Of a DNA stretch of 64,000 nt, positions 41,755 to 55,156 are shown one piece after another (position 1 is the first letter of the stretch; every line of letters starts with the position of its first letter). The stretch is from Octopus sinensis (Eukaryota), in assembly GCF_006345805.1 (NCBI RefSeq), contig NC_043004.1:62744001-62808000 (forward strand). Direction: 5' to 3'. Made by a program: the position numbers and the translations under genes. Under the pieces are notes generated by a model. The model was not told the origin of the DNA, searched no databases, and was given only the letters and a program-made list of their open reading frames with translations.

Positions 41755-42039
41755 TATAAGTGTATTATCAGCATGCAAATTTTCAGCGCATTCACTGTCC
41801 GTGGTATTATTCCTGTATTTTTATATGATTTTAATTTCATTGTAATTGCTGGAGCATCCTTGACTCTGTTTTTCCTCATTATCCGAGTTATTAGATAAAT
41901 TATTCCTAAATATGTGCCATTTATGTGTATTATTATTTTTTTTTTGCTATTGTTTACACTAATTTTGTGTATATACATTAGCGAATTGCTAAATCATTGC
42001 TAAATACATTTAGGTGGGGAAAATGTTAATAGAGCGGGA

Positions 42040-42310
42040 GGTCCGGAAATAACCAAACGCCGAGCTGGCTTAAGTGATGATGCCAACGAAAATTACCGAA
42101 TTGTCACGCCAGTCAGAATTCTCGGTTGGTATTTTTCGGGCAATTATGGTACCTCTTAGTGTATATGCGTTTTCACATGTGCGTTAACTATAGTATTAGA
42201 GCCTTTTAGCTCTTATTTCTAGCAATGTACGTGTGTTTTAACACCCTACTCACATTTATTGATAATTACAATTCTCCTTTTTGGTGAAACATTGCAACCT
42301 GCTGTTTACA

Positions 42311-42313
<3 letters not shown>
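42040..42313. mobile_element. Partial copy of the 48.1-49.05 kb fold-back family, end abutting (TA)n
   Basis: CTCTTATTTCTAGCA..TAACACCCTA..AATTCTCCTTTTTGGTGAAA matches 48660-48760. Confidence 0.7.
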
Positions 42314-42406
<93 letters not shown>

Positions 42407-42919
42407 GTGTGTGTGTGTGTGTGTATGTGTGTGTGTGTGTGTATGAATGTATGTATACATATATACACACATATATACACGCACACACGCAAACACAAAG
42501 ATGTGTGTGTGTGTGTGTGTGACTACATGTGTTTACGTGAATATTTACGAAAGTATTTACATACAAACAGAATCTCATTAAAAGCTTCTTTGTTCTAATG
42601 TTGATGTTTTAGATCTATTTTCACTTGTCCTTTTAATCGATTCTAATTTAGCGACCGATACGGTTTTTATCACTATATAACTTGATTTATATGTACTTTT
42701 CACACACAAAATAAAAACGAACACCGAGCATCCAAGATTTACATCAGATAGTGCGAATTTCCTTGAGCCAATTGGAATATAAGATATGCCTTGAAAATTA
42801 TATACTGCCGCCTCAACCTCCTCTCACCTATGAGTACTTATGTATAACACTGGTAAGCCTGTTGTTCTTGCTGAAATAACATTGGCATCTTAGAATTGTT
42901 GTCTGAATCTTTCCATAGT

Positions 42920-43335
42920 GGCGCAAGAGTGACTATGTGGTAAGTAGCTTGCTAACCAACAACATGGCTCCGGGTTCAGTCCCACTGCGTGGCATGTTGG
43001 GCAAGTGTCTTCTGCTATAGCCTCGGGCCGACCAAAGCCTTGTGAGTGGATTTGGTAGACGGAAACTGAAAGAAGCCTGTCGTATATATGTATATATATA
43101 TATGTATGTGTGTGTATATGTTTGTCTGTATTTGTCTCTCTAGCATTGCTTGACAACCGATGCTAGCGTGTTTACGTCCCCGTCACTTAGCGGTTCGGCA
43201 AAAGAGACCGATAGAATAAGTACTGGGCTTACAAAGAATAAGTCCCGGGGTCGATTTGCTCGACTAAAGGCGGTGCTCCAGCATGGCCGCAGTCAAATGA
43301 CTGAAACAAGTAAAAGAGTAAAAAGAGTAAAGAGT
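42920..43335 (+). mobile_element. tRNA-derived SINE, family B
   Basis: Full head GGCGCAAGAGTGACTATGTGG, B box GGTTCAGTCCC, internal microsatellite, (AAAAGAGT)n tail. Confidence 0.9.
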
Positions 43336-43685
43336 ATAGTGATATATTATTTTATCATCGTCTGCTCGCATGATACGAAAACATGGTGGAGGATGCATGC
43401 AAGTTCTGGCGGAATATGTATGCATACATTATCCTTTACTGGAAAATTTTGACGGTTTGGCTTTCAGTGAATCTATTGAGATGCTTGACAATTATCAAAT
43501 ATTGACACACTTGGCACAATTATCCTTACATTTTGACAGATATTATTTTTAATCCACTCTGTCGTAAGGAAACATTTACGTGTATGTGTATAATAGTGAT
43601 TCAACAATTTTCTAAAATATATTTACATATGCTTCATCTATAAGCATACATAAAGGAGATACATACAAATGTACACATGTAGAAA

Positions 43686-43732
<47 letters not shown>

Positions 43733-43834
43733 GTGTGTGTGTATGTATGTATTATATACATACACACACATAGACACTCACACTCAGGCACGTGCACACA
43801 TTCGTACACACACAAATATATATATATAAGTATA

Positions 43835-43886
<52 letters not shown>

Positions 43887-44447
43887 ATACATTGAGATAT
43901 CTCCTCATTGATATGTATGTTTATACGTTTTTATGCACGTCTGTGTGTCTGTATGTACATCTGTATGACGCATAAACTGTTTCACAATTTTCTTAACGTA
44001 TTCACTATATTGCTTGCAATGCGCAATTATTTCCACACAAATATAATAAAAACATTTTATATATTATACATAATTGTACTCTAATTGGGGCTCCATTATA
44101 TAGGGAAATCAACGTGCGGCTAACAAATATTTTCGAAAATATATCTTTTTTCGAAGTGGGTTTTAAATGTACATAATTAAGGACTATTTACATAGAGGAA
44201 ATTAACCTAAAAACGCATAAGCATATTAACTACAATCACTCACAGGTTTGACTCACTCACACAATATATATGTGTAGTTTTAAAAATTCACCGTACGATT
44301 GTGCTCTTGCATATGTACAGTCGCTGTCTGCGTCAACGCGTGTGCGAGGTAACCTTTCTATTATTGTTTATACGTAAATGCTCCATATATATATGTATGT
44401 GTGTGGGGGTGGGTGTCTGTGTATGTGTGCGAGTGTATATATATATA

Positions 44448-44485
<38 letters not shown>

Positions 44486-44671
44486 CTGTATGTGTGTGTG
44501 TGTGTGTACACACTTGTAAATATAAACTTAAGTAAATAAACATGCGCGTATTCATGTATGAATATGTATATTCACATGGATATATTTAAAGATATAATTA
44601 TATATACATTCACAGACACATCAACACACATCCATATATGTATATATGTCTACGTGTGTGTTTTTGTTCAT

Positions 44672-44853
44672 ACCCAGCACCGCTCGACAACTGTGGTTGG
44701 TATGTTTACGTCCCTGTAACTTGACGGTTGGACTAGAGAGACCGATAGTAACATGCTTAACATATATGGATTAGTGTTGATTCATTGAGAAAAAAAATCT
44801 TCAAAGTGATGTTCCAGCATAGCCGCAGTCTAATAACTGAAACGAGTAAAGAT
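44672..44853 (+). mobile_element. SINE family B, degenerate 3' half
   Basis: TTTACGTCCCTGTAACTT..GAGACCGATAG..CCAGCATAGCCGCAGTC. Confidence 0.65.
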
Positions 44854-45130
44854 TTTATATAAGATTCACAGACACACACGCACACACACGCGCGCGTGCG
44901 TACAAACACATTAGTGAACTGAATTACATTGCGTATGTGTGTTTGCTTAATCTCCTGGAGAGGCGTTTTACAAGCCATATTATAAAATTTGAGAGGAAAC
45001 GGATATCGACCCGGAAGTGATGTCATGAAAGTTTTAAGGTATGTTGGTTGGTTCCTCATTCACATTTGCTGTGTTAGTGAACCGTTTTCGCAGACGTTTC
45101 TGCCCCTATTCATAACAATCCCGGTAAAAT

Positions 45131-45366
45131 ACCTATTTCTTTACTACCCACAAGGGGCTAAACATAGAAGGGACAGACAAGGACAGACAAAGGGATTAAG
45201 TCGATTACATCAACCCCAGTGCTTTAACTGGTACTTAATTTATCCACCCCGAAAGGATGAAAGGCAAAGTCAACCTCGGCGGAATTTGAACCCAGAACGT
45301 GACGGCAGACGAAATACCGCTGAGCATATCGCCCGGCGTGCTAACGGTTCTGCCAGCTCGCCGCCT
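45131..45366 (-). mobile_element. tRNA-derived SINE, family D
   Basis: Minus-strand head GGCGGCGAGCTGGCAGAA, B box GGGTTCAAATTCC; homologous to 51237-51470. Confidence 0.88.
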
Positions 45367-47680
45367 TCGATATTTTTATGCCCCAACTATGAATACATTT
45401 ATGTCCCAGCTATGAAATGCAAACACAAAAGTTAGAACGGAAATGGAGCAAAATGTAAAGATATAGAGAAACTAATAGCTATGGAAGAGAATGGTTTTTT
45501 TATGACCCCAAAATGCTTTTATGCATTCGCGAACATAAGATAGTTATTTTACTCATCAGTTTACTGACATATTATAACAGATACTGATGAAATTTTAGCT
45601 GTATAGCAACAACAATATGACACACTTTTCAGATATAGTGAGACTGAATTTTTGAGGTATTAATTAAGCCAGATTCCGACAGTTCATCTCCAAATGATTT
45701 TTAACATTCCAAGGAAAGCAACAGAAATAGGCCATTTCCCAAATCATTTTCCTTAGACGTAAATTTTACTATCATTTCAGCAAAACGGTATAGTGCAATG
45801 TTCTGCTAGTGAATCATTAGAAATTCCTAGTGGTGCGTGAACGGATGTCATTATCATTTTCCCCCCTTGAACTATGGTCATTAACAACGTTTCCGTTCAA
45901 ATGATCTTATATTAAAAAGAACTTTATGGAAATTGGGAATCAAAATCGGGAAAATACAAAATAATATTCTTAATAACAACCTTTACTTATTGGTATAGTC
46001 TCAAAACACTCAAACTGGCTTCCTTACAACACAACCGTTCGCGCAAAATGACCTGCACAACCTGTATAATGTTATACTGATAATATTGTACAGTTGATAT
46101 GATTATCACATTTACCTATCATTCGAGGGTGTGAGTTTATGCTATACATCTGTTACAGAAATAATATACTAGTATGTAATCACATTACGGCAGATATATT
46201 TTTTGTAAGTCAGCTTGCCTTTACTTTATATTTATCAGAAAGAAACAATTCCAGGATGAATATTGTCCCATTAACTTCAACAGCTATGTAAGTAATTACT
46301 TTCAAGAAATGTCTGATAACCATCTGTACATGAAGGATTGTCTATATACATCGCTGCCTTTCATGAGTAGTATATTGTGTCATGAAAACCAACCCAAAGA
46401 ACATTAAGAGGAGGTGATGCAAAATTGGAAACAGGCTGAGGTAATGCTTCCCGAAACGTCGTTTAAATCCCATTGTAACATCAATTCCTGTATGACACAA
46501 TGAGATTACAGAAAGAAATTGTACTTTGGCTTCAGGGAGAAAAGAAGGAATTTTGTTTTATATAGGTAAAAGTTAAAGTCAACCGAATTTGAACAAAACA
46601 TACATCGTGGTATTACTCAAATGTTTGCTTAACTACAACAAAACTTTTGCAAAGCATTGTTTATATATAAACAAGGTTATATTATTAATTTCTAAGCTCA
46701 TTTCCAACCTCTGGTCTTTGGGTCATCTCAGTTCCTTTCCCTCTGTGTATACTCGTCTCTGATCATCTTTCCCCATATCTTAGACTTATTTATGTATTTA
46801 TTCTCTATATCTATTTTATATCTATCTTACATAAATCATCATGTTATATATTCTTATATATTTTGTATTTCATAGTTTTCATTATCTCTGTTGTGATTGT
46901 CCAGTATACATTTTTACTCTTTCCTTTCTTTTTCCGCATTTTCATTTCGTCTCCATTTATTTTCTACTGTTTTATATATTCCTTTTCCCCCTTTTACTTA
47001 CTGTTTGTTTTCCCCGTCTCCCTTTCATTGTCCCATCACCCATCTTCCTTAGTCCATTTTTTCCTGCACACGCAAAATCGTTCCATCTACTTCCCTTTCG
47101 AAATGCTCATAGAATGCCTCTCCTATACAATTCTGGGCATTACGTCTCTCTCACTAAATGTAATAATGTATTCCTCTGATGATTTCTTCAGATGAGCCAT
47201 AATAGTGAATCGTAAGTAGGAACCAATTTTTGTTTATATGAACTTCTCCTACATTTTCTCAGTATTTCATAAACCCAAAATAATAGTCATTTCTTTATTT
47301 ACACTCACAATAACAGCTGCCGTCATACATCTTTTTGTGCATACAATATATATATATATACGACCAAACCTGAGCCATCATGATGATGATGATGATGATG
47401 ATGATAACGGAATGTGTATGAATTTTTAGATGATGATTCAAGAGATATGAATTATATATAAATTAAATTAATGGTTTGATATTGTTCATCCATTAAATTT
47501 TAACCTACATTATATATCTGAATTTTAAAAAAATTGTGAACAAGTTTATGACGTTTTTACACAAAAATTTTGGTGGCCAATAGAAAGATTGTAATGTGTC
47601 GACGAAGTTTGTTAAATGCATATCCACACGCACACACTAACCTGAACAACGTAGTAATCAACCGCGCACACACACACACA

Positions 47681-47722
<42 letters not shown>

Positions 47723-48072
47723 CGCACATATGTATGTATATTTTCATATGTAAAAGTGCAGGTATCTTTGTATCACCCAATAATGAAAATGTATCCTTTT
47801 ATATTAGATAGCAAATAGCAACTATGTATACATACAGATTTATTTTATGCATGCATATACACAATTCTATTTTTTGTCAATATATGTCATATTTATACTG
47901 ATGTATAATTCATTCTTTAGCAGCAAAGAATCGAAATGGTGAAGTAAACAATATATTCTTCATATGAAGAAAGCTGCTTTTTCCGCTGTTATGATGCATA
48001 CGTATTTTAAATGAGCATACATATATACACACATAATGCGTATACATATATATATATATATATATATAATAT

Positions 48073-48112
<40 letters not shown>

Positions 48113-48116
<4 letters not shown>

Positions 48117-49051
48117 GTATGAACAACAGGCTACAATGTTTCACGAAAAAGAGAAATACAAATGTCACCAAATACGGCTAGGGTGTTACATGGCATCACC
48201 TACATTTCGGCAATTTCCAACGCCTCATCTGCTAATCCAACTGGCTCGCTTCGCCATTAGTATATATATTTTACTCATCCAAATAACTGGATGATTTAGT
48301 GATTCGGTTATATGTATATATAAAATTAATATGAACGGCAGTTTACAGTTTTTCAACCGAAAGGAGAAATAGAAGCCTCACTAAATGTGACTAGGTTGCT
48401 AGGTAACAACTACTTTGCTAGAAATATGAGCAAAAACGCTCTAATGCTGCGGTTAAAGGACATGAATGAAAACATACATTAACAGGGACCATACTCATGC
48501 GAAAACTGCCGATTGAGAATGCCTCATAGTGACGCGCCACTTTCGGCAATTTCCGTCTCCTTATCAATCGCCTCATCATCATATTCGATCAGCACTTTTC
48601 GGACGATTATGGTCCATGTTAGAGTATATGTCTTCATTCAAATGCCTTAACTACAGCATTAGAACGTTTTAGCTTTTATTTCTAGTAAAGCGGCTGTTGT
48701 CTAACACCCTAGTGGCATTTAGTGACGTTTGTAATTCTCCTTTTTGGTGAAAGATTGTTCATATTTATTTTATATAAACATATTAGTGAATCGCGAAATC
48801 ATCCAATTATGTGGATAACGAAAACATATACACCAATGGCGAAGCGAGTCCGGATAGAGACAAAGCCGTACTAGTGTGACTGATAAGGCGATGGAAATTG
48901 CCGAAAGTGACGCGTCAGTATTAAACATTCTCCATCAACACATTGCGGACATTATAGTCCCTGTTAGTGTACATGTTTTCATTCATGAGAATTTTTAACT
49001 CTTATTTCTAACAATATAGGTATTGTCTAACACTCTAGTCGGGTCTAACGA

Positions 49052-49054
<3 letters not shown>
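48113..49054. mobile_element. Compound fold-back/MITE-like element (~940 bp) with (TA)n on both sides
   Basis: Inner imperfect inverted arms 48317-~48492 and ~48608-48776. Symmetry continues outward (48200-48310 vs 48780-48910). The arm start at 48119 is a direct repeat of 48330. Confidence 0.75.
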
Positions 49055-49093
<39 letters not shown>

Positions 49094-51236
49094 GAGATAA
49101 GAAAGTTAACAAGTATTTCCTTACATACAATCGTTCCTAACACATCTTCTACTTAATTTTTTATATATACTAGACTACAGGTGAGCAACGAGTCACCTAG
49201 AAGATCTGAGTTCCCAGCAACGGAGTTTTGTTTCATGGATTTTTTTTCTTTTCCAGGTTATTTCGCATGCTTTCAACGAATTTGACTTCGAAATCACGCG
49301 TAAACGGATCCTTTCTTCGGAAAATGAAAGTTTTGGCTGTTATTTCTTGCCCGCCCTGCTACCAGATAACAAGTATTTCGGGTCCTTTATCATAAATAGC
49401 TGTTACATGGTAGCGGACGCGCTAGAAAAAGCAGCCAAAACTTTTGCGCTGAGATACATTGAAATCACTCAAAAAAAAAATTGTAATGGTAATCTGTTGG
49501 GGAGATCTTTCACTTTGACTCTCAGAACTGAAATACGGATCAGCTGGTTTTGTTGGTTACTTCCTGTAAAAAAATTATTCATTTACATTTGTTTTAAAGT
49601 GAGAGAGAGGAGAAAGTGAAAGATGTTTGAACGAGTATATGAAGTGGGCGAGTGTGTGTGTGTGAGACAGAGAAGGAGCCACTTACACATACATGAGAAC
49701 ACACACGTTCACTCACTCACTCACTCTCTCTCTCTCTCTACCTATCTTTCTCACTCACACACATGCACACGTCCATAAAAAAGATGTACGTATATGTATT
49801 GACGTTTGCACGTATACATTACAATACACCCCTTCACTCACTCCCAATCTTTTTCTGTCTTTCTTTCTCCGTCTCTCTTTCACACACGCACGTCCATTTC
49901 ATATAGACGTACATACATCTTTGACGTTCTCATCTTACACTTTAAAACAAAAGTAAATAAATATAAAATACAGAAATTCCCAACTTGAAAATAATTAAAG
50001 AAAATGCCATTAATATTGTCTGTTTAAAGAGGGCTAAAATATAAATACTTACTATAGGAACAACTTATATTTTTAAAATTAATTTAGTTGAAACATTTCT
50101 AAATGATTAAAATACTGTGTACGTCAAAAATCCACGTTTTTTAAACTTTTTTCTAGAAAGCGCGAAGACTATGTGTTTGTGTATATGTCAGAGATAGCAG
50201 ACGGGTGTTCGCGTTGATTGACACGCCATGACATTCAATATATGTCTGTAATCTGTATGTGTGTATATGTATTGACGTCACGAGTAAACGCAAAAATTGT
50301 GTTTACTCGTTTTCATTAATAAATAGAGGTCTAAATGTGACAAAAATCTGTGGCATTGCCGAATGTAAGTATGAAAATAACTATGGTAAAAAAAAAAATT
50401 AAGATGAAATATAGAATTTGTCAGATATTTAGCGTACACAAAACATCCCTAGAGTTTTAGTATTATTAAAATGTGTGAGTGTATGTGCGTGTGTATATAT
50501 GTGTGTGCGCGTGTGTGTATATATGTATATACATATATATTCATACCTATATATCTTTATACATGTATATGTATATCTGGATGAGTGAGTCTATGTGTGT
50601 ACACACTAAAGCACCCCCGCACGCGCACATGTTGACACCACTTTCCCGATATTAACATATAATTTTATATTTAATAATGGGAACAAATTATGACTGTATA
50701 AATCCATCTTTGTGTGGGGAAATGAGACAAATACCTTCACATTGCACTGCTCAGTATTTGGAATAAATATGTGAATATCATTACATAAATTTGACGAGAA
50801 TCTGCAAAGATGGCTTAAAACTTTTCCAGCACGAGTATATAAATTATACATATGATTTGCGAAAAAGCTCTACAGTATCGTCTGATACCTAACTAAGTCG
50901 TATCATATTTTACTGATATTACGCTAAATATAATAAATATGATTATAAATTGCAACGAGGTTTTGATACTTTTCCGCAAAAGTTCCAAGGTTCAATAATT
51001 AAATGGAAGCCGTATACAAAGGTTAGGTACTATTCAATAATAGCAAGTCATTTTACTGCTTTCCTGAAAGCACGTGCACATATGTGTTTTATTATATCAG
51101 CACATTCATCCATATATGTGTGTATGTATGTGTGTCTGTGCTTGCATTTGTATCTTTATGTATCAGGTCGGCGCAAATGTTATGGCCGAGTTTAGAGTCG
51201 CTGTTAATATTGAAAAAGCCCATTTATTCGTTAATG

Positions 51237-51887
51237 GGCGGCGAGCTGGCAAAAACATTAGCACGCCGGGCGAAATGCTTAGAAGTATTTCGTCTGCCGC
51301 TACGTTCTGAGTTCAAATTCCACCGCGGTCGACTTTCCTTTCATCCATTCGGGGTCGATGAATTAAGTACCAGTTACGCACTGGGGTCGATATAATCAAC
51401 TTAATCCGTTTGTCTGTCCTTGTTTGTCCTCTCTGTGTTTAGCTCCTTGTGGGTAGTAAAGATATAGGTATTTCGTCTATCTTACGCTCAAAATCCAATT
51501 TCCGTCGAGGTCGACATCACCTGTCCTTCTTACGGGGTCGATAAATTAAGTACCAGTTTCGCACTGTGGTCGATGTAACCGACATAATCCCTTTATCTTC
51601 CCTTCTTTGTCCTCTCTATGTTTAGCCCCTTGTGGGCAATAAAAGAATAAGAAACATTAACACGCCAGGCGAAATGCTTAGAGGTATTTCGTCTGTCATT
51701 GCGCTCAATTTCCACCGGGGTCTGCTTTACCTTTCACCATTTAGGGGGTCGATTAAATAAATACCACTGGGATCGATGTGAATAAATACCACTGGGGTCA
51801 ATGTAAACAATTACACACTTGGGTCGATGTAATCGACTGCGCCCCTCCCCAAAAATGTTGGGCTTTCTGCCTAGAGTAGAAAATAAT
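51237..51887 (+). mobile_element. Tandem cluster of family D SINEs (one full, two 5'-truncated)
   Basis: Body motif GGGGTCGAT..AAGTACCAG repeated; flanked by ATTTATTCGTTAA at 51222-51234 and 51888-51900. Confidence 0.85.
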
Positions 51888-51901
51888 ATTTATTCGTTAA
51901 C

Positions 51902-52134
51902 AGGCGGTGAGTTAGCAGAATCGTTAGCACGTCGGGCGAAATGCTTAGTTGTATTTCGTCTGTCGTTACGTTCCGGGTTCAAATTTCGCCGAGGTCGACT
52001 TTACTGTCTTCCTTTCGAGGTCGCGTAAAAAAGTATCAATTACGCACTGCCGTCGATGTAATCGACTTAATCCCTTTGCCTGTCATTGTTTCTCCCTCTA
52101 TGGTTAGCTCTCTGTGGGCAATAAAGAAATAAAG
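51902..52134 (+). mobile_element. tRNA-derived SINE, family D
   Basis: Flanked by ATTTATTC(G/A)TTAAC at 51888-51901 and 52135-52148. Confidence 0.85.
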
Positions 52135-52536
52135 ATTTATTCATTAACATAATTTCCATTGCTTTCTAGAACGTCATCCCATCTCTTATTAAGCTTATAA
52201 ATGTCACGTTTGTAAAACTGTTTAGGTTTTGATGCGAAATATGAATCCAACTCATTTTCAACCTCTTCTATTGATGCAACTTAAGACCATTCAAATGGTT
52301 CTGTAGTCCCTGCAACAAGTGATGATAAAAAGGAGCAAAGCCTGTAGAATATCCGAAGAGATCTTCGGTCAGTCGAGGTGTGTGAGAACGAGCATTATCA
52401 TGGTGGAAGATGGCACGCTTTGTGTTGACTAGACAGGGGTCATTTATTTTCAAAGCCGCTTTCGAATGATGACGTTGATCACAGTAGAGTTTAGAAGCAA
52501 CTGTTTCATTGTTGTCTAACTTTTCATTATGAACAA

Positions 52537-52693
52537 GGCGCAGGTAAGTAGCTTGCTAACCAGCCACATGGTTCCGGGTTCAGTCCCACCGCGTGGCAAC
52601 TTGGGCAAGTGTCTTCTGCTATAGCCCCGGGTCGACCAATGCCTTGTGAGTGGATTTGGTAGACGGAAACTGAAAGACGCCTGTCGTATATAT

Positions 52694-52772
<79 letters not shown>

Positions 52773-52982
52773 TTGTGTGTCTGTGTTTGTCCCCCTAGCG
52801 TTGCTTGACAACCGATGCTGGTGTGTTTACGTCCCCGTCACTTAGCGGTTCGGCAAAAGAGACCGATATAATAAGTACTGGGCTTACAAAGAATAAGGCC
52901 CGGGGTCGAGTTGCTCGACTAAAGGCGGTGCTCCAGCATGGCCGCAGTCAAATGACAGAAACAATTAAAAGAGTAAAAGAGT
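52537..52982 (+). mobile_element. SINE family B inserted in the mariner transposase
   Basis: Removing it rejoins WDIEAI|VHNEKL; short deletion in the head. Confidence 0.9.
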
Positions 52983-53694
52983 AATTGCTTCAATATCCCA
53001 CCGCACACTCAACATGGGCTTCCTTAGTTGAAGTCCTCCTCTTGGTTGTTGAACAGGACTTCATCTTCGACTGATCCACAATCAGCGGTGTTTAACCTTA
53101 TAGTAAAGGATTCACGTGTTATCGCCTGTAACGAGTCTTCGTAAAAATGGTTCCTTAAGACGTCATGAAAGTAATGACTGACAATAAACGGTACGCTTTT
53201 ATAGATTCTCGGGCGACAGTGCATGCGGGACCAATTTTTAAACCACTGAAACCATTCTGATCGTTTTCAGTTGGCGTGGAACAGCGGTATGGGCTGTGTT
53301 ATGCTGCTCTGCACGTTCTCTACAAACAGCGGTTGGGTGTTCTGGGATAACATCTTTTATCTCTTCGGAAACAAGTTGTTTTCAATGACCTTCTTTTGGC
53401 TCGTCTTCCAAACTCAAATCCCCAGTTCAGAAGCGAGAAAAACCATCTCCTGCAACTGTTTTCACACACTACTCCATCCCCATAAACTTTATGAAGAGAC
53501 TTTGCTGCTGTGCTTGCATTGACACCTTTACGAAACTCATAGTGTAAGACATTTCTAATGTGATTTTTAGTTGGGACGAACATGTGTGCGTATAGAGCAG
53601 AAAATTATGGCCAATAGAGCTAGAATCTGAAAGAAAAATGTACAAATTAGTCATTGTGAAATTCTTAAAATATAGCAGCATAAATATTTTTTTA

Positions 53695-54256
53695 AAGTTA
53701 CAACATGGTCTGGTTTTCACGTGTTTATTGGTGTGTTTTTTTAATATGTTGAAGTGTGTTAAAGATTAAAAGAAATATCTACTAATATTCATAAAGTTCA
53801 ATTAGCGTTGGATACGTTCGTAGTAATAATCAAATTCCAAAATATATTAACTGACAGTTAACTTGAGTTCTTGAAAACTTTAGTAAAATGAGACTTCATG
53901 TTGGAGTCTGCTAAAAGGTATAAAAAGGAAGAAGTCAGTCATTTTACTACATTTGTCAACAAACTCAACTCAACTGTCAGTCAATGCATTTTTAAATCTG
54001 ATGATTGGAGAAACCCAATTCAAGCTACGCTATAATTTTAATTCAAGGCATACTTTGATGATTAAACGCATACGCGGGCAGGAAACTATCTGAAAGTTGT
54101 GGCATGTCACTGCGATTCTTATGATGTAAAGGTATGAAAGCGCTAATTGAACTTCATAAACATTACTAAATATTATTTTAATGTTTAACACACTTCAACA
54201 TTGTAATTTTTTAAATGCAATAATAAAAAAAACGTGAAAACCAGACCATGTAACTT
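53695..54256. mobile_element. MITE with ~130-bp imperfect terminal inverted repeats
   Basis: AAGTTACAACATGGTCTGGTTTTCACGT ... ACGTGAAAACCAGACCATGTAACTT. Left flank is TTAA (Kolobok-like) but the right flank is TGAT, so the superfamily is uncertain. Confidence 0.7.
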
Positions 54257-54321
54257 GATTCAACTGATATATTATTCTATACACATTTACACAAACTCAG
54301 AAATACATATATGAGTGTGTT

Positions 54322-54386
<65 letters not shown>

Positions 54387-54399
54387 ATAGATAGATAGG

Positions 54400-54489
<90 letters not shown>

Positions 54490-54769
54490 TGGTGGTTGTC
54501 CACTCCTTACGCAGAGCCTGACCACCCCTTGTACTTACACCTTAAATCTATCATTGAGTCTTGTGTTGCTTTTTAAACCAGATTTTGTTTTGAAAAGTCA
54601 CCCTCGTAATTGCATATCTGTTTTGGACCATATCTGCATCTTAGCGCCGGTCACATTGCAAATCGTTCTTCATATATTCTGGAAGCCTTCTGAATGGCCT
54701 TTTTTCTCGCAGATACACCTCTAACCGCAAAAATATTTTTTGTTCTTATTTAATATCTGAAAAATGTAG

Positions 54770-54895
54770 TTGGAGAAACCCAATTCAAGCTACGCTATAA
54801 TTTTAATTCAAGGCATACTTTGATGATTAAACGCATACGCGGGCAGGAAACTATCTAAAAGTTGTGGCATGTCACTGCGATTCTTATGATGTAAA
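54770..54895. repeat. 126-bp direct repeat of 54005-54130
   Basis: One mismatch seen. Confidence 0.95.
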
Positions 54896-54896
54896 T

Positions 54897-55156
54897 CAGT
54901 GTCTCCCAAAAATTTTTGGGCTGCTGCCCTCTTGGCACCGAGGCCACATTCCTAGCACATCCCCACTTCACCAACTAGACCGTTTTCTACAGCAAATTTC
55001 AGAGCAACAGTGTTTCACAAAAAAACGTAACCTAATTACCCCATTAATTTGTTGTCTCTACATTCATTACCCTAGTTTTGACACCGCATTATCGCCCCAC
55101 ATTTCTACAGTGCCAAACCCCAGGATATTCCCAGCGCCCCAAAGTGGGAAGTACTG
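54897..55156. mobile_element. hAT-like MITE
   Basis: Termini CAGTGTCTCCCAAA ... GTGGGAAGTACTG resemble hAT/Charlie TIRs; no 8-bp TSD recognisable. Confidence 0.5.

Larger units (their letters stand above)
51163..53690 (-). mobile_element. Decayed mariner transposon interrupted by SINEs
   Basis: Minus strand: HIRNVLHYEFRKG..CRRWF (HTH), LVTGD, MLSVRWDIEAI|VHNEKL, FHHDNARSHT, RWDDVLESNG..*. Mariner-type TIR TA|TCAGGTCGGCGCAAATGT at 51161-51180; opposite TIR not confidently found. Confidence 0.85.

Noticed and set aside
49257-49619. Strong acceptor (T-rich TTCCAG) followed by a long open frame
   Set aside because: The open frame is phase 0 with no GPCR similarity; the phase-1 frame needed after the GPCR exon stops after about 9 codons.
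53998-54030. CTGATGA-ttgga-GAAAC
   Set aside because: No stem III with UH and no stem I; likely chance.
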